DNA from: Thermoproteota archaeon
Lineage (GTDB): Archaea; Korarchaeota; Korarchaeia; Korarchaeales; Korarchaeaceae
Direction of reading: 5' to 3'
DNA: 64,000 nucleotides
NCBI GenBank assembly: GCA_026986575.1
Contig: JALSOH010000004.1
Span: forward strand, 640,001 to 704,000
In this document: positions 1 to 9,718 of the stretch, piece after piece
Layout of the letters: each line of letters begins with the position of its first letter
Numbering within the stretch: position 1 is the first letter of the stretch
The notes under the pieces: model-generated
Told to the model about the DNA's origin: nothing
Database searches by the model: none
Seen by the model: only the letters and a program-made list of their open reading frames with translations
Translations under genes and position numbers: made by a program

Positions 1-353
1 GGGAGATAGCGAGTAGGTTCGAGGGCTGTCCAACTATTTCAAGGGAGGGGTTCCCTTAACTTGATCGCGGTCATGGTTGTGGAGAACGAGGAGGTCCCGA
101 ACTCAATAACGGGTACTTGCATGATCAGGGCATACAAAGGGAGTAAGGAGGAGCGAGATAGTGGAAATAGCTGAGCCCCTAGTGAATCCCTACCTCCCAA
201 TAAAGGTGCCTAGGGATGGATATAGAATCGGCTCCTTGCAGTGCAGAATGCTTCTCATGTCCGAGGTATGTAGAGGAATCGTGCCCTGGATGTCCCAGCT
301 TCTTGGGATACAGGAAGGCCGCTTTCGCTTACCGTGACGGGGATGGAATCTAA
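1..353 (+). pseudogene. 3' part of an Lrp/AsnC-family regulator with a Cys-rich C-terminal tail, broken by frameshifts (5' end lies outside the window)
   Basis: Manual translation gives EIASRFEGCP (frame 3), NLIAVMVVENEEVPNSITGTCMIRAYKG (frame 1), VRRSEIVEIAEPLVNPYLPIK (frame 2) and APCSAECFSCPRYVEESCPGCPSFLGYRK (frame 3, stop 351-353). The pieces are collinear with archaeal AsnC-type proteins that end in a Cys-rich motif. Confidence 0.6.
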
Positions 354-409
354 TGTATCATTGTACCGCTGGAAATCTCTTTATAACGCGACACCGGCTC
401 CCCCTAGCT

Positions 410-1003
410 ATGGGGAGGCTTCTCAAGCTTTGGGGACTAACGGGCCTTATTTCCCTTGCCGTAGCTCTGACCACCATATTCTTATGCTGGTACTTGAATC
501 CTTGGTTCGACTTCTGGAGGGATGCGTTCAGCGATTTCGGGGTCTCTAGAGCCTGCTGCCCATGGCTCTACAATTATGGGCTGATTGCCTCCGCATTCTT
601 CCTCTCGATCTACTCCCTGTTTATACTCAGGGTATCTAGAAGAAAGCTGGAATCTTTCTCAAGCGGTCTCCTCTTCACAGCCTCCATCTTCTTGGCTCTC
701 ATAGGAGTGTTCCCTGGAGGGACGAGGCCCCACACTTTTGTATCTACATGGTTCTTCGTCCAAGCGTTCATGAGTTTGACCGTCTTGGGCGTCGCCCTCA
801 TCGTTGATGGACATGCTAAGGGGATGTTTGTGGCCCTTATATCTGGCTTGGCGCCTATCTTGGCTATATTAGTGGATTTGACGGTAAGATAGCCTTCGGC
901 TGCTGTTGCCGAGGCTGTCGGGATCCTGATAATTGGAGTGTCTGTCTTCACGATCACTCCTCATTACTTGAACATCACGGACGGAAATGAATGTCCCCCC
1001 TAG
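410..1003 (+). pseudogene. DUF998-family membrane protein interrupted by an in-frame TAG at 890-892
   Basis: Motifs NPWFDFWRDAFSDFG and LALIGVFPGGTRPHTFVSTWFF. After the TAG the same frame continues PSAAVAEAVGILIIGVSVF, which looks like the last TM helix, to TAG 1001-1003. Likely start is ATG 410. Confidence 0.65.
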
Positions 1004-1216
1004 AAGAATACTAGGATCTCTCCAAGAGCACTTCCATCCGAGTCCGATTAGGTTCCCCAGACGGTAACTTGAGGAGGAATAACTAATTAGACTATTTTGG
1101 GGAGATAGACCAAACACGAATCAGTCATCCTAAGATATAGAATCAGGGATATGTCTCCGTTTCAGAATGATCGATAATGTATTAGCAATGAGCCACATCC
1201 AGCTATCGGGGGGCAT

Positions 1217-1870
1217 ATGGGTAGGAGGACTATCATCGCAATACTCTTCGCCCCATTCATGCTCAACCTGATCGCCTCGTTTCTCATATACTCAATGGTG
1301 CCACATAATATCTGGAGTTTGAACCCAGAAGAGGCGATGAAAGAGCTTTACGTCCTCATATGGAGCTACCAATCCCTCTTCATGATAGCGATCCAGGTGT
1401 CCTTCGGGCTAGCCCTGTTCACTAGAACTAGAGTAGCATACGACCTGAGGAGAGGAGATGTATTGCTGATCGCTTCATTGGTACTATTAGCAGAACTCTT
1501 ATTCTTTATGGAGAACGCTATTCAGCCCTACGGATATGAGTGGTTCCTAGATGTGATACGCAGGATCCCCGCGTGGGCCAAGTACATGAATTTCCTAGTG
1601 GCTCCATTTACCGCCGGCATATTCGAGGAGATCATATGGAGGGGATTTGGAATAGAGAGCTTGGAAAGATTCACTTCAGAGAGAAAAGCGGTCCTAGTCC
1701 AGGCCATAGCCTTTGCACTGTGGCACATATCCCCTATACACGCGATCTTCGTGTTCTTCATAGGTCTGGCCTATGGCTTTGCTTTCGTTAAGAGGAGAAG
1801 CTTGGCCCCTCTGATAATCGCCCATGTTCTGACGGACTTGATGGGGTTCTCCGTATTCATTTTCGCATGA
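1217..1870 (+). CDS. CPBP (CAAX/Abi) family intramembrane glutamic protease
   Basis: EEIIWRG, FALWH and AHVLTD motifs; multi-TM. Confidence 0.9.
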   Translation: MGRRTIIAILFAPFMLNLIASFLIYSMVPHNIWSLNPEEAMKELYVLIWSYQSLFMIAIQVSFGLALFTRTRVAYDLRRGDVLLIASLVLLAELLFFMENAIQPYGYEWFLDVIRRIPAWAKYMNFLVAPFTAGIFEEIIWRGFGIESLERFTSERKAVLVQAIAFALWHISPIHAIFVFFIGLAYGFAFVKRRSLAPLIIAHVLTDLMGFSVFIFA

Positions 1871-1930
1871 AAGATGCATCGTGGATGAGTATCTATTTCC
1901 ATCAAGGGGGTGAAGTATAACATCTCCTAG

Positions 1931-3250
1931 CTAGCTAGTATAGAAGCCACTGGATGGCTGAACTTCACTCCTCAATCCCATGACCCATTTCCAGAATGGA
2001 ATGATCTCAAATCCTTTCTCATCACCCTCTTGATCCCACGTAAAGACGGAAACCTCCTTACAAGCTAATTTCTCCTTAGCTCTCGCTAAAGAACCGAGCT
2101 CTCTCTTTCTCTGTTCAGAATCTCCCGGAACCAACTCCCAAGTTACTTGCAGACATCTCTCTATCCTCCCCGCTCGATCCGTTAGGATAAAATCCACCTC
2201 TCCTTTGGAATCCTCCCAATAAAATAGGTTCTCTCCCTCCCTGTACCCCCTCCTCCTGAGCTCTAGGAATACCAAGCTCTCCAAGAGCCTTCCTCTACCA
2301 GCCTTACCCAAGTATAAGCCATTATCAACTAGATATATCTTTGGAACGCTTCCCAAAACCGTCTTATACGTGGGGGAGTACTTTGGGAGAGTGAAGACGA
2401 TCATGGCATCCTTCAAGTACTCTAAATACTGGTAGACAGTGTTCTTACTTATCTTGATCCCCATTGACTTAAAGTAGCGGTACAGCGCATGTACCGATAG
2501 CTTTGTAGAGGATCTAATAGCATTCAGTAGCACCCTGAGAGCCCTGATGTTCCTTATCCTCCACCTCTCCACAATATCCCTAGCGACCGTCACCTCCCAT
2601 ATCTCTCTGAGTATCTTTTCCTTCTGCTTCGGCTCTAATACGGCTTCCGGGTAGCCTCCCCATTCCATATATTCCCTCACGAGTGATAAGATCTTAGATT
2701 TCATCAAGGACGAAACTGGCTCCCTCCTCATCTCAAATCCCCTAGCTGCTAGGAACTCCCTAAAGGAGAAAGGAAGGAGCTCTACTGTTATGGATCTTCC
2801 CCTAAGATGAGTTGCCACCTCGAGTGATAGGAGTTTTGAGGAGGACCCAGTAACGACGACCCTAGCCCCTCTATCGAGAAGATTCCTCACTGCCCTCTCC
2901 CATCCCTCAACACTTTGGACCTCATCTAGGAGAACCCAACGGGAGCTGATAGTAGGGTAAAGCTCTAAATGGAGGAGATATAACTCAATTAGATCCTTCC
3001 ACGTCGATTCGCTTAATCTATAATCCTCTAAGTTTACGTAGAGTACAGATTCTCTAGGGTTCTCCTTGGATAAGTCAGAGATTGCCTGAAATAAAAGGTA
3101 GGTTTTCCCGGCTCTTCTAGGGCCTACGACTGCTATAGCTCTATTCACACTCATTTTAAGGGGCAGGGAGACCTCCCTTCTCACTAGGTCAGGCGGCCTC
3201 AGCTCAACGGAATCTGCTAATACCTCCTCTAGGACGGATCTGCTGACCAC
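1931..3250 (-). CDS. AAA+ ATP-binding protein (AAA_14 + DUF4143 type)
   Basis: Walker A GPRRAGKT, Walker B LLDEVQ, VTGSS, WGGYPE, KIYLVDNG, and C-terminal EVDF...LQV. Confidence 0.9.
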   Translation of the reverse strand: MVSRSVLEEVLADSVELRPPDLVRREVSLPLKMSVNRAIAVVGPRRAGKTYLLFQAISDLSKENPRESVLYVNLEDYRLSESTWKDLIELYLLHLELYPTISSRWVLLDEVQSVEGWERAVRNLLDRGARVVVTGSSSKLLSLEVATHLRGRSITVELLPFSFREFLAARGFEMRREPVSSLMKSKILSLVREYMEWGGYPEAVLEPKQKEKILREIWEVTVARDIVERWRIRNIRALRVLLNAIRSSTKLSVHALYRYFKSMGIKISKNTVYQYLEYLKDAMIVFTLPKYSPTYKTVLGSVPKIYLVDNGLYLGKAGRGRLLESLVFLELRRRGYREGENLFYWEDSKGEVDFILTDRAGRIERCLQVTWELVPGDSEQRKRELGSLARAKEKLACKEVSVFTWDQEGDEKGFEIIPFWKWVMGLRSEVQPSSGFYTS

Positions 3251-3257
3251 AATATCC

Positions 3258-3309
3258 CCCTATATGGAGGGAAATTTATCATATAATCTTTCCCTATATA
3301 GAGGGAAAT
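3258..3309 (-). promoter_or_regulatory. Two near-identical palindromic boxes flanking a TATA-like element upstream of the DUF4143 ATPase
   Basis: CCCTATATGGAGGGAAAT (3258-3275) and CCCTATATAGAGGGAAAT (3292-3309); TTTCCCT-n6-AGGGAAA dyad; AT-rich TTATAT between them on the minus strand. Confidence 0.6.
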
Positions 3310-3587
3310 ACAGACTAGGCTACTCAGCTAACGCGGACTTAACCTTGGTACACCAACAAGTAGCCACGAGACCGAATATGCAATGCGGCTGGCAGTGAAG
3401 TGGCCTTTCCTTGATGCTATTGATGGAACGCTTCGAAATCGCACAGCAGTACTCGCTCTCAGGATAAATACTCTAAGTGCTGCGACGTGATTCCTCATCG
3501 AGGCGTTCATCAACTTTGACAATCCTTGAGTCAACGTAACCGGCGCATCCCGAGAAGGAGATCCTATCCCCCAGCTGGTGCAGCCCA

Positions 3588-3983
3588 TCACTCATGGGAG
3601 TGATAACCAATGGTCTCCATTAAGCACCTGCCCCATATCACATTTATCCCGGCCTTCAAGCACTCTTTAATTACTTCTTCATCCTCAGAGCCCGGTTGAA
3701 ACCATATCATCTTTATTCCCATCCGTATTGCATCTCTCACCACCTCCCTGGCCACAGCGGGGGGAACAACGAGATCCACTAGATCGGGCTTTTCTGGTAG
3801 ACTTTTCAGATCAGGATAAGCTTTATCACCGTCTATTTCCCCAGCTCTAGGGTTCACCGGATATACTTTCCTGTAATATCTCTTGAAAAATCTGTAGAGC
3901 TTGTAACCCCACTTCTTCGGGTTCCTAGATGCCCCTACCACGGCGACTGTGTTCTCCCTCCTCAGAAAAGGCTCTAAGTTCAA
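3588..3983 (-). CDS. CoA-binding protein (YccU-like)
   Basis: VAVVGAS..P.K.G, VYPVNP, WFQPGSE and RCLM motifs. Confidence 0.9.
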   Translation of the reverse strand: MNLEPFLRRENTVAVVGASRNPKKWGYKLYRFFKRYYRKVYPVNPRAGEIDGDKAYPDLKSLPEKPDLVDLVVPPAVAREVVRDAIRMGIKMIWFQPGSEDEEVIKECLKAGINVIWGRCLMETIGYHSHE

Positions 3984-3992
3984 GTGATCACC

Positions 3993-5429
3993 TCACTCGA
4001 GTTCCTTCAGGATCTTCTTGACCGTTTTCAGCCTCTTCTCCAGAGCCTTTATCTCCCTCTGGAGCCTCCATATCCTCCATTTAACGGCCATCCTCCTCAA
4101 CGGGTTGACCCTCTTAGATGAAAGTGCCTCCACGATGTTCCTCCTGTCCTCTATCGCCGCCTCCAATACGAGGCTCGCCTCCACGGCTTCTCTCCTATAG
4201 GGCTCCAAGTCTTCCTCTAAGAGACCGAGCTCTTTCTCGTACTCTTCCTTGAGCATCTGATATACCGCCTCATCCATGACCTCCTTCCTGCCCTCCAAGG
4301 TGCTGAGCAAGTCCCTCATTTCATTCCTCCTCTTAACCAAGTCCTTAACTACATCTGACCTCAGTCTGGCCGGAGGTAGGGACCATATCTCAGGAGATCT
4401 GACTGAAATCCTCTTAGTTCCTCTTTCCTTAGCCTTGACTCTAGATTTGGAGGTTCTCTTTACGACGTTCCTCTTCTCACTTCTTCCTCTTCTCTCCTCT
4501 CCCTCTATCTTCTCCTCTGTCACCTCATCCTTCAACTTCCTTCCTGCATCCTCGGTCTCGGATACGGTGATCTCCGTCTGGATCGAGAGGAACCTGACTA
4601 CCTCTTGCAAGCTGGGAGGAGGTCTTGGCTTGGGATTCGGGGTGGAACCTAGGTGGGCGCTCTTGACACTGCCTACTTTCACGAAGCCGGGCTTGAAGGT
4701 GAAGGGTCCCTCCACATAAGCCACTCCCCTCTCGAGGCTGCTTATCCTAGAGGCCACGTCCTTGTTGAGCCCTAGATACTGGACCACAGCGGACAGGTCC
4801 CTGATGTACTCTACCCTCAGGATGATCTTGTTCTCAGCCTGACTGAGCAAAGTCTTCGAAACCAGCTGAGGCCTCTGGGTCGAGAACATGAGACCTATGC
4901 CCTTCTTTCTCCCCCTGGTTGCCAGCGTATTCAGCCACGTTAGCGTGCTCATCGCCCCCTTGCCCAAGGTGCTGCCAGCTCCTTTCTCAGGAGCTAGCTC
5001 CTTGGCCTCATCCACCACGACCAGAAACCCATCGGAGCTTCCTATCTTCATCAGACCCTCGATGATCCCAGCTGCTAACTTAGTAGAAGTATCCGGCTTG
5101 TACTTGGACATGTCGAGGATGAAGCTGACTCCCTTGACAGCCACCTGAGCTAATCTACTCGGGGAGGCCTTCGTGAGGTCTACATCCCCATCAGGAGATA
5201 TAATCAGCATGTCGAACACATCAGCTAGGGAGGTGTGCTCCCCCTCCGGGTCTATGATGCCTACGGGATAGCCTCTCTCTAGTAGCTCCTCCACCACCTT
5301 CCTTATAGTCCAAGACTTACCGTAACCGGTTTTGGCTATGACAGCGGTTCTTCCGGTCACAAGCTCGGCTATTTTCAATTTAAATTCTCTGCTGCTGTCG
5401 ACTTCTTGTCCTAGTACTATAGTATCCAT
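3993..5429 (-). CDS. HerA/FtsK-like ATPase (DUF87) with a C-terminal coiled coil
   Basis: AKTGYGKS, IIDPEGEH, VVVDEA, RGRKKG (arginine finger), STQRP; charged linker and heptad-rich tail. Confidence 0.85.
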   Translation of the reverse strand: MDTIVLGQEVDSSREFKLKIAELVTGRTAVIAKTGYGKSWTIRKVVEELLERGYPVGIIDPEGEHTSLADVFDMLIISPDGDVDLTKASPSRLAQVAVKGVSFILDMSKYKPDTSTKLAAGIIEGLMKIGSSDGFLVVVDEAKELAPEKGAGSTLGKGAMSTLTWLNTLATRGRKKGIGLMFSTQRPQLVSKTLLSQAENKIILRVEYIRDLSAVVQYLGLNKDVASRISSLERGVAYVEGPFTFKPGFVKVGSVKSAHLGSTPNPKPRPPPSLQEVVRFLSIQTEITVSETEDAGRKLKDEVTEEKIEGEERRGRSEKRNVVKRTSKSRVKAKERGTKRISVRSPEIWSLPPARLRSDVVKDLVKRRNEMRDLLSTLEGRKEVMDEAVYQMLKEEYEKELGLLEEDLEPYRREAVEASLVLEAAIEDRRNIVEALSSKRVNPLRRMAVKWRIWRLQREIKALEKRLKTVKKILKELE

Positions 5430-5613
5430 CGTAAGCCAATTCTTCTTGGGGATATATAAGAGGACTGCTACTAAGGTTAAGACAAGAGGATCAAATAAAA
5501 TTAGATCCTCCTAAGTTAACTTCGTGAACTACCAGTTTCGCGTAACGATTTTAAGTTATACCATGCGTCAAGATATTACAACGATGGGATCTCCCATCTA
5601 GGGAGGCCTGAAT

Positions 5614-7566
5614 ATGAGGAAGATGTTCTGGTTACCGATCCTGTCCATAGCCGCGCTAACATTGGCGTTTGCTTTACTGCCAGTGCTAGCCAATCCAAGC
5701 GGAGTGGGTTTCGGAGACGCTCAGAGCGTTGAGGCAACCGCACAAGAAGCTTTAGCCAAGGTGAGTCCGGAAACGAAAGCCTGTTTGAATTGCCACGCGG
5801 ACCCCAACACGGTCAAGATGCAGATCCCGTATTACGACTGGTTGAGGAGCAAACACGCATGGCATACTCCAGATGAGCTGGAAGCTTATTACAGGGATAT
5901 CTTTGGGGAGGACGCCCACCTGGCCAGTAAGTTCAAGGGATATCCTTACGTGGTTGGTTGCTATGAATGCCATGGTATGTTCGCCGATTCTGATAGGGCT
6001 GATGTCGTAGAACATAACGGCTTCAAGATAGTCGTTGATGTAACCCCGAAAGACTGTCAACAGTGTCACTACAAAGAGACCAAAGAAATGAGTTGGAGCA
6101 AGCATTCTTTCGCTGCTCTGAATGCAAATCTCAAGCCTTGGTATACCCTAGTGCTTCAAAAGACTTACGGGGACGCTGCCAAAGCCGAATATGATAAGAT
6201 TTTCAAAGATGTGGTCGAATGGCCCTTCTACAAGAAGTATGCTGAGGACTTCTACAATGGAGATGAGAAAGCTGTAAACGCCAGTAAATACTACTTCTAC
6301 GGGGATAAGTTCAAATTCCTCACAGGACTTTACCCGTCCCACGGCATGCTGACCCATGCGGTCACCAATTTTACCGCTAACTACTTAGGAGTAGATTACC
6401 ACTTCATAATGGAGCATCCCAAGTACAACAACAGCTACGTTTACCTAGCATGTATGGAGTGTCATGGTAGTGCTGTTCTCCCAGCCAAGCCCAATGCGAT
6501 AGTAGGTCTCGATGCACCATATGCCAAGGTATATGGAACTCCCGATATGGTGCTGCTTGGATGGCCTAACAATGGGGCCGGCAGGATAAATCCCGATGGA
6601 AGTTTGGGAAGCTGTGCTACGTGTCACACCAGACATACTTTCAGCATCTCCGAGGCGAGGAAGCCCCATACTTGTGGTCAGTGTCATTTAGGGTACGATC
6701 ATCCACAGATAGAGATATATGAGGAGAGCAAACACGGAAACATCTACGACTCGGAAGGAGAGGAATGGAATTGGAGTAACCTGCCATGGAGACCAGGAAT
6801 AGACTTCAGAGCCCCGACATGCGCTACCTGTCACATGAGCCACTTGGTCGATAAGAATGGTAAGGTGATAGTAGCAGGTACTCACGACTTAGGAGCTAGG
6901 CTGACTTGGGAAATTCAGGCCAAATGGAGCTTTGGACAGACTTATTATCCAGATCCATTGAACTCCGGCTTCGCGAAGAAGAGACCGGACTGGAAGAATC
7001 CACTTACAATGGGTAATGCTGCTCTCTCATCCCCTGATAATCCGAGAGGAAGGATGATGAGTGTATGCAAGACATGCCACTCAAGCGACTGGGTATACTC
7101 CTACTTCACATGGTACGACAGTGTGAACATGGATTATAACATAACGTGGAACTACGCTCTCTCATTACTCAAGAAGGCCTATAAAGAGGGCATCCAAGTT
7201 AACAGAGCCGGGGAAATAATAATGAACAGGAAAGCCCTTCCGGGAGATCTGGACGAGTACATGGAGATAATGACCTACTACATATGGCACCACGAGGGTC
7301 GGAGGTGGAGGATGGGAGCCTCCATGATGGGCCCCGACTACACACACTGGCTCGGAATAGTCGACACGGTCATGGATAAGCTGGGAAGAATGACTACTTA
7401 CTATGAGACACAGCTCAAGATGAAACAGCTCGAGAGTAAGATAGAGAAGATGTCAGGGACTGGAATAGGCACAGGAGTTAACATGTTCACCTTCATAGCT
7501 ACCGTGCTCTCACTAGTTGCGATAGTCTTAGTCCTCATCGACATCTTGGTAAGGAGAAGGAAGTAA
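5614..7566 (+). CDS. Octaheme cytochrome c, hydroxylamine oxidoreductase family (probably reductive, epsilon-Hao/OCC type), with signal peptide and C-terminal membrane anchor
   Basis: Eight CxxCH motifs (CLNCH, CYECH, CQQCH, CMECH, CATCH, CGQCH, CATCH, CKTCH); CGQCHLGYDHPQIEIYEESKHG; WHHEGRR...MMGPDYTHW; C-terminal TM followed by RRRK. Confidence 0.9.
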   Translation: MRKMFWLPILSIAALTLAFALLPVLANPSGVGFGDAQSVEATAQEALAKVSPETKACLNCHADPNTVKMQIPYYDWLRSKHAWHTPDELEAYYRDIFGEDAHLASKFKGYPYVVGCYECHGMFADSDRADVVEHNGFKIVVDVTPKDCQQCHYKETKEMSWSKHSFAALNANLKPWYTLVLQKTYGDAAKAEYDKIFKDVVEWPFYKKYAEDFYNGDEKAVNASKYYFYGDKFKFLTGLYPSHGMLTHAVTNFTANYLGVDYHFIMEHPKYNNSYVYLACMECHGSAVLPAKPNAIVGLDAPYAKVYGTPDMVLLGWPNNGAGRINPDGSLGSCATCHTRHTFSISEARKPHTCGQCHLGYDHPQIEIYEESKHGNIYDSEGEEWNWSNLPWRPGIDFRAPTCATCHMSHLVDKNGKVIVAGTHDLGARLTWEIQAKWSFGQTYYPDPLNSGFAKKRPDWKNPLTMGNAALSSPDNPRGRMMSVCKTCHSSDWVYSYFTWYDSVNMDYNITWNYALSLLKKAYKEGIQVNRAGEIIMNRKALPGDLDEYMEIMTYYIWHHEGRRWRMGASMMGPDYTHWLGIVDTVMDKLGRMTTYYETQLKMKQLESKIEKMSGTGIGTGVNMFTFIATVLSLVAIVLVLIDILVRRRK

Positions 7567-7596
7567 GTGAGAATGAGCTAACTTCCCAACCAAACA

Positions 7597-7610
7597 TTAT
7601 TTTTTATTTC
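7597..7610 (+). terminator. T-rich archaeal terminator-like tract after the octaheme gene
   Basis: Oligo-T run (ttattttttatttc) about 30 nt after the stop codon. Confidence 0.4.
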
Positions 7611-7631
7611 GTCGCACGAGGGGTCTCCTCA

Positions 7632-8678
7632 ATGAGAAAGTCAGTAGTGGCATTGGCTGTCATATCGTTGGTAGATGCTGTTACTCTGTGGATTTCTCAG
7701 GTACTAGGTCCATTCCCATCAGTCGTTCCGTTAGGAAACCCGACAGCTTACAGAAACCTATATGTGCATGTCCCCATCTCAGTATCTACGTATTTCCTAT
7801 TCACATTAGGCTTCCTTCTAGCGCTTGCGTACCTTCTAAAAGGAAGAAGCTGGATGGAAGAGACGGCCCACTCATTCATTGTAGCAGGTCTCGTGATGGG
7901 ATTCTCCACTCTAGTAACTGGGATGGTATGGGCATCAGAGTCGTGGGGCTCCCCTTGGAATTGGGATCCGAGAGAGACAGGAGTTCTCTTCATGTTCCTT
8001 GCCTTCCTCGTCTATCTAGCTGTCAGATCGAGCATAAAGGATCCTGACATAAAGCCTAGGATCTCAATGGCATTTGCCGTAGCTGCCTACGCAACGATCC
8101 CTTTAAGCTTCTTAGTTCCCTATCTAATGCCCAGTCTCCACCCTATCATGCCAGAGACTAGCATGTTCATAAAAGGGGGGCTTACTCCCCTGATCTTTGG
8201 AGGCAGGATTATCCTAGTCCTATTGGAAGGCGTACTTCTAGCTCTTCTCATGAGATCTGGAGGCGTGAGGAGTGCGAAATTGGCAGTAATTCCCGTCGTT
8301 CTGTTGGCAGTGCTGCTTGTAGCAATGCAACTACCCCCTAACTTGGCGGGAAGTGCAAGTGGGGCATTTAAGGTCCAAGTGATCTCGGGTAATATGGAGA
8401 ACGGAACCCTGTACCTGAGGGTAAGGTCCTCCCAAGGATCTTACAACCTCATCTATAGAGGGAAGCCACCGATAAACCCACTTTTCGTCGTGTTTAGAGG
8501 TGAGAGGAAGCTGACCTTGGAGAAGCACTGGCTGCTGGTGGAGGGCAGGGTTGAGGACAGTACGATAGTGGCCAGCAAGCTGAAACTCATACCTTACTGG
8601 GGGAATTCTGTGAACTCCTTGATATACGGGCTAACCCTTTTCACCCTAGCCTACTTGGCAGGGAGGGAGAGGCGATGA
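7632..8678 (+). CDS. ccmC: Cytochrome c maturation heme-handling protein CcmC with a C-terminal extension
   Basis: YVHVP, WWD domain WASESWGSPWNWDPRET, and SLHP conserved His. Confidence 0.85.
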   Translation: MRKSVVALAVISLVDAVTLWISQVLGPFPSVVPLGNPTAYRNLYVHVPISVSTYFLFTLGFLLALAYLLKGRSWMEETAHSFIVAGLVMGFSTLVTGMVWASESWGSPWNWDPRETGVLFMFLAFLVYLAVRSSIKDPDIKPRISMAFAVAAYATIPLSFLVPYLMPSLHPIMPETSMFIKGGLTPLIFGGRIILVLLEGVLLALLMRSGGVRSAKLAVIPVVLLAVLLVAMQLPPNLAGSASGAFKVQVISGNMENGTLYLRVRSSQGSYNLIYRGKPPINPLFVVFRGERKLTLEKHWLLVEGRVEDSTIVASKLKLIPYWGNSVNSLIYGLTLFTLAYLAGRERR

Positions 8679-9088
8679 AAGGAGTGATATTAGCAGCATC
8701 AATCGCTTTGGTGGTCCTCTTAGTGGGGTATTTGGCCATAACCTCAAGCTCTTATGAGCAGGTATCCCAGCTCTCCAAATACACGAAACCTACGGTGGTC
8801 ACGGTTAGGGCCCTAGTGGCCGACATAGAGACCCTACCCGAGAAGGACTTGATACTCTTCGTGTTGAAGGACGAGAACGGGAGCAAGATATACGCCTTCT
8901 ACGGTCTTACCAGATTTATCAGTCAGTACGGCGCTCCACCATCTCACTCAACGGTGGAGCAGGAGGTCATCATGAGGGGAACGTTCTACCCCAAGAAGAT
9001 GGGGGATGTACTGGGGAGGATGGAGATAAAGGAGATTTTACAGGGATGTCATAAGGCCTATGAGGCTCCACCAGCCACGGGTGGTTAA
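8675..9088 (+). CDS. ccmE: Heme chaperone CcmE, CxxxY variant
   Basis: N-terminal TM, OB-fold-sized domain, and C-terminal CHKAY (CxxxY instead of HxxxY); lies between ccmC and ccmA. Confidence 0.75.
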   Translation: MKGVILAASIALVVLLVGYLAITSSSYEQVSQLSKYTKPTVVTVRALVADIETLPEKDLILFVLKDENGSKIYAFYGLTRFISQYGAPPSHSTVEQEVIMRGTFYPKKMGDVLGRMEIKEILQGCHKAYEAPPATGG

Positions 9089-9718
9089 GTGCTATTGGAG
9101 TTCAGGGATGTGTGGAAGAGCTTTGGGAGCGGGTACGTAATAAGGGAGATAACGCTCACTCTCGGAGAAGGAGAGATGATAGCCATAGTGGGCCCCAACG
9201 GTTCCGGCAAAACCACCATTCTGAGGCTCGCCTCGGGCCTCATAGCCCCTTCGAGAGGAGAGGTCCTGGTGAGAGGAAAGGATGCTAGAAGTCCAGCTGC
9301 TAAGGCCCTCCTCGGTTACGTTCCACACTCCCCACCACTCTATGGAGACTTGACCGTTTGGGAGAACCTAGTATACTACGCTGGCCTCTATGGGTATGCT
9401 GACCTGTCTAAGGTGGACTCCATCCTGGCGGAGCTTGGCTTGGACGCCTTCTTGAACCGAAGGGTCGCTGAGTTGAGCTACGGGTGGAGGAAGAGGGTAG
9501 ACTTGGTGAGGGCTCTTCTCCACGATCCACCTCTGCTCCTCATTGATGAACCGTTTTCTGGATTGGATGACGCTGGAAGGAGGTGGTTAATTGAGTTCCT
9601 CATTCAATCGGTGTCAGCTGGCAAGACAGTGGTCATTACATCGCCAAGGGCTGATGTAGAACTGGGAGCTACGGTGTACGAGATCCAGGGGGGAAAGCTA
9701 AATGCTGTTACAGGTTAA
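9089..9718 (+). CDS. ccmA: Heme maturation ABC ATPase CcmA
   Basis: GPNGSGKT, LSYG, LLIDEP; located in the ccm cluster. Confidence 0.85.
   Translation: MLLEFRDVWKSFGSGYVIREITLTLGEGEMIAIVGPNGSGKTTILRLASGLIAPSRGEVLVRGKDARSPAAKALLGYVPHSPPLYGDLTVWENLVYYAGLYGYADLSKVDSILAELGLDAFLNRRVAELSYGWRKRVDLVRALLHDPPLLLIDEPFSGLDDAGRRWLIEFLIQSVSAGKTVVITSPRADVELGATVYEIQGGKLNAVTG

Noticed and set aside
3328-3591. 87-aa ORF between the CoA-binding protein and the DUF4143 ATPase
   Set aside because: No recognisable motif in any frame I translated; it may be a degraded remnant, but I cannot support that
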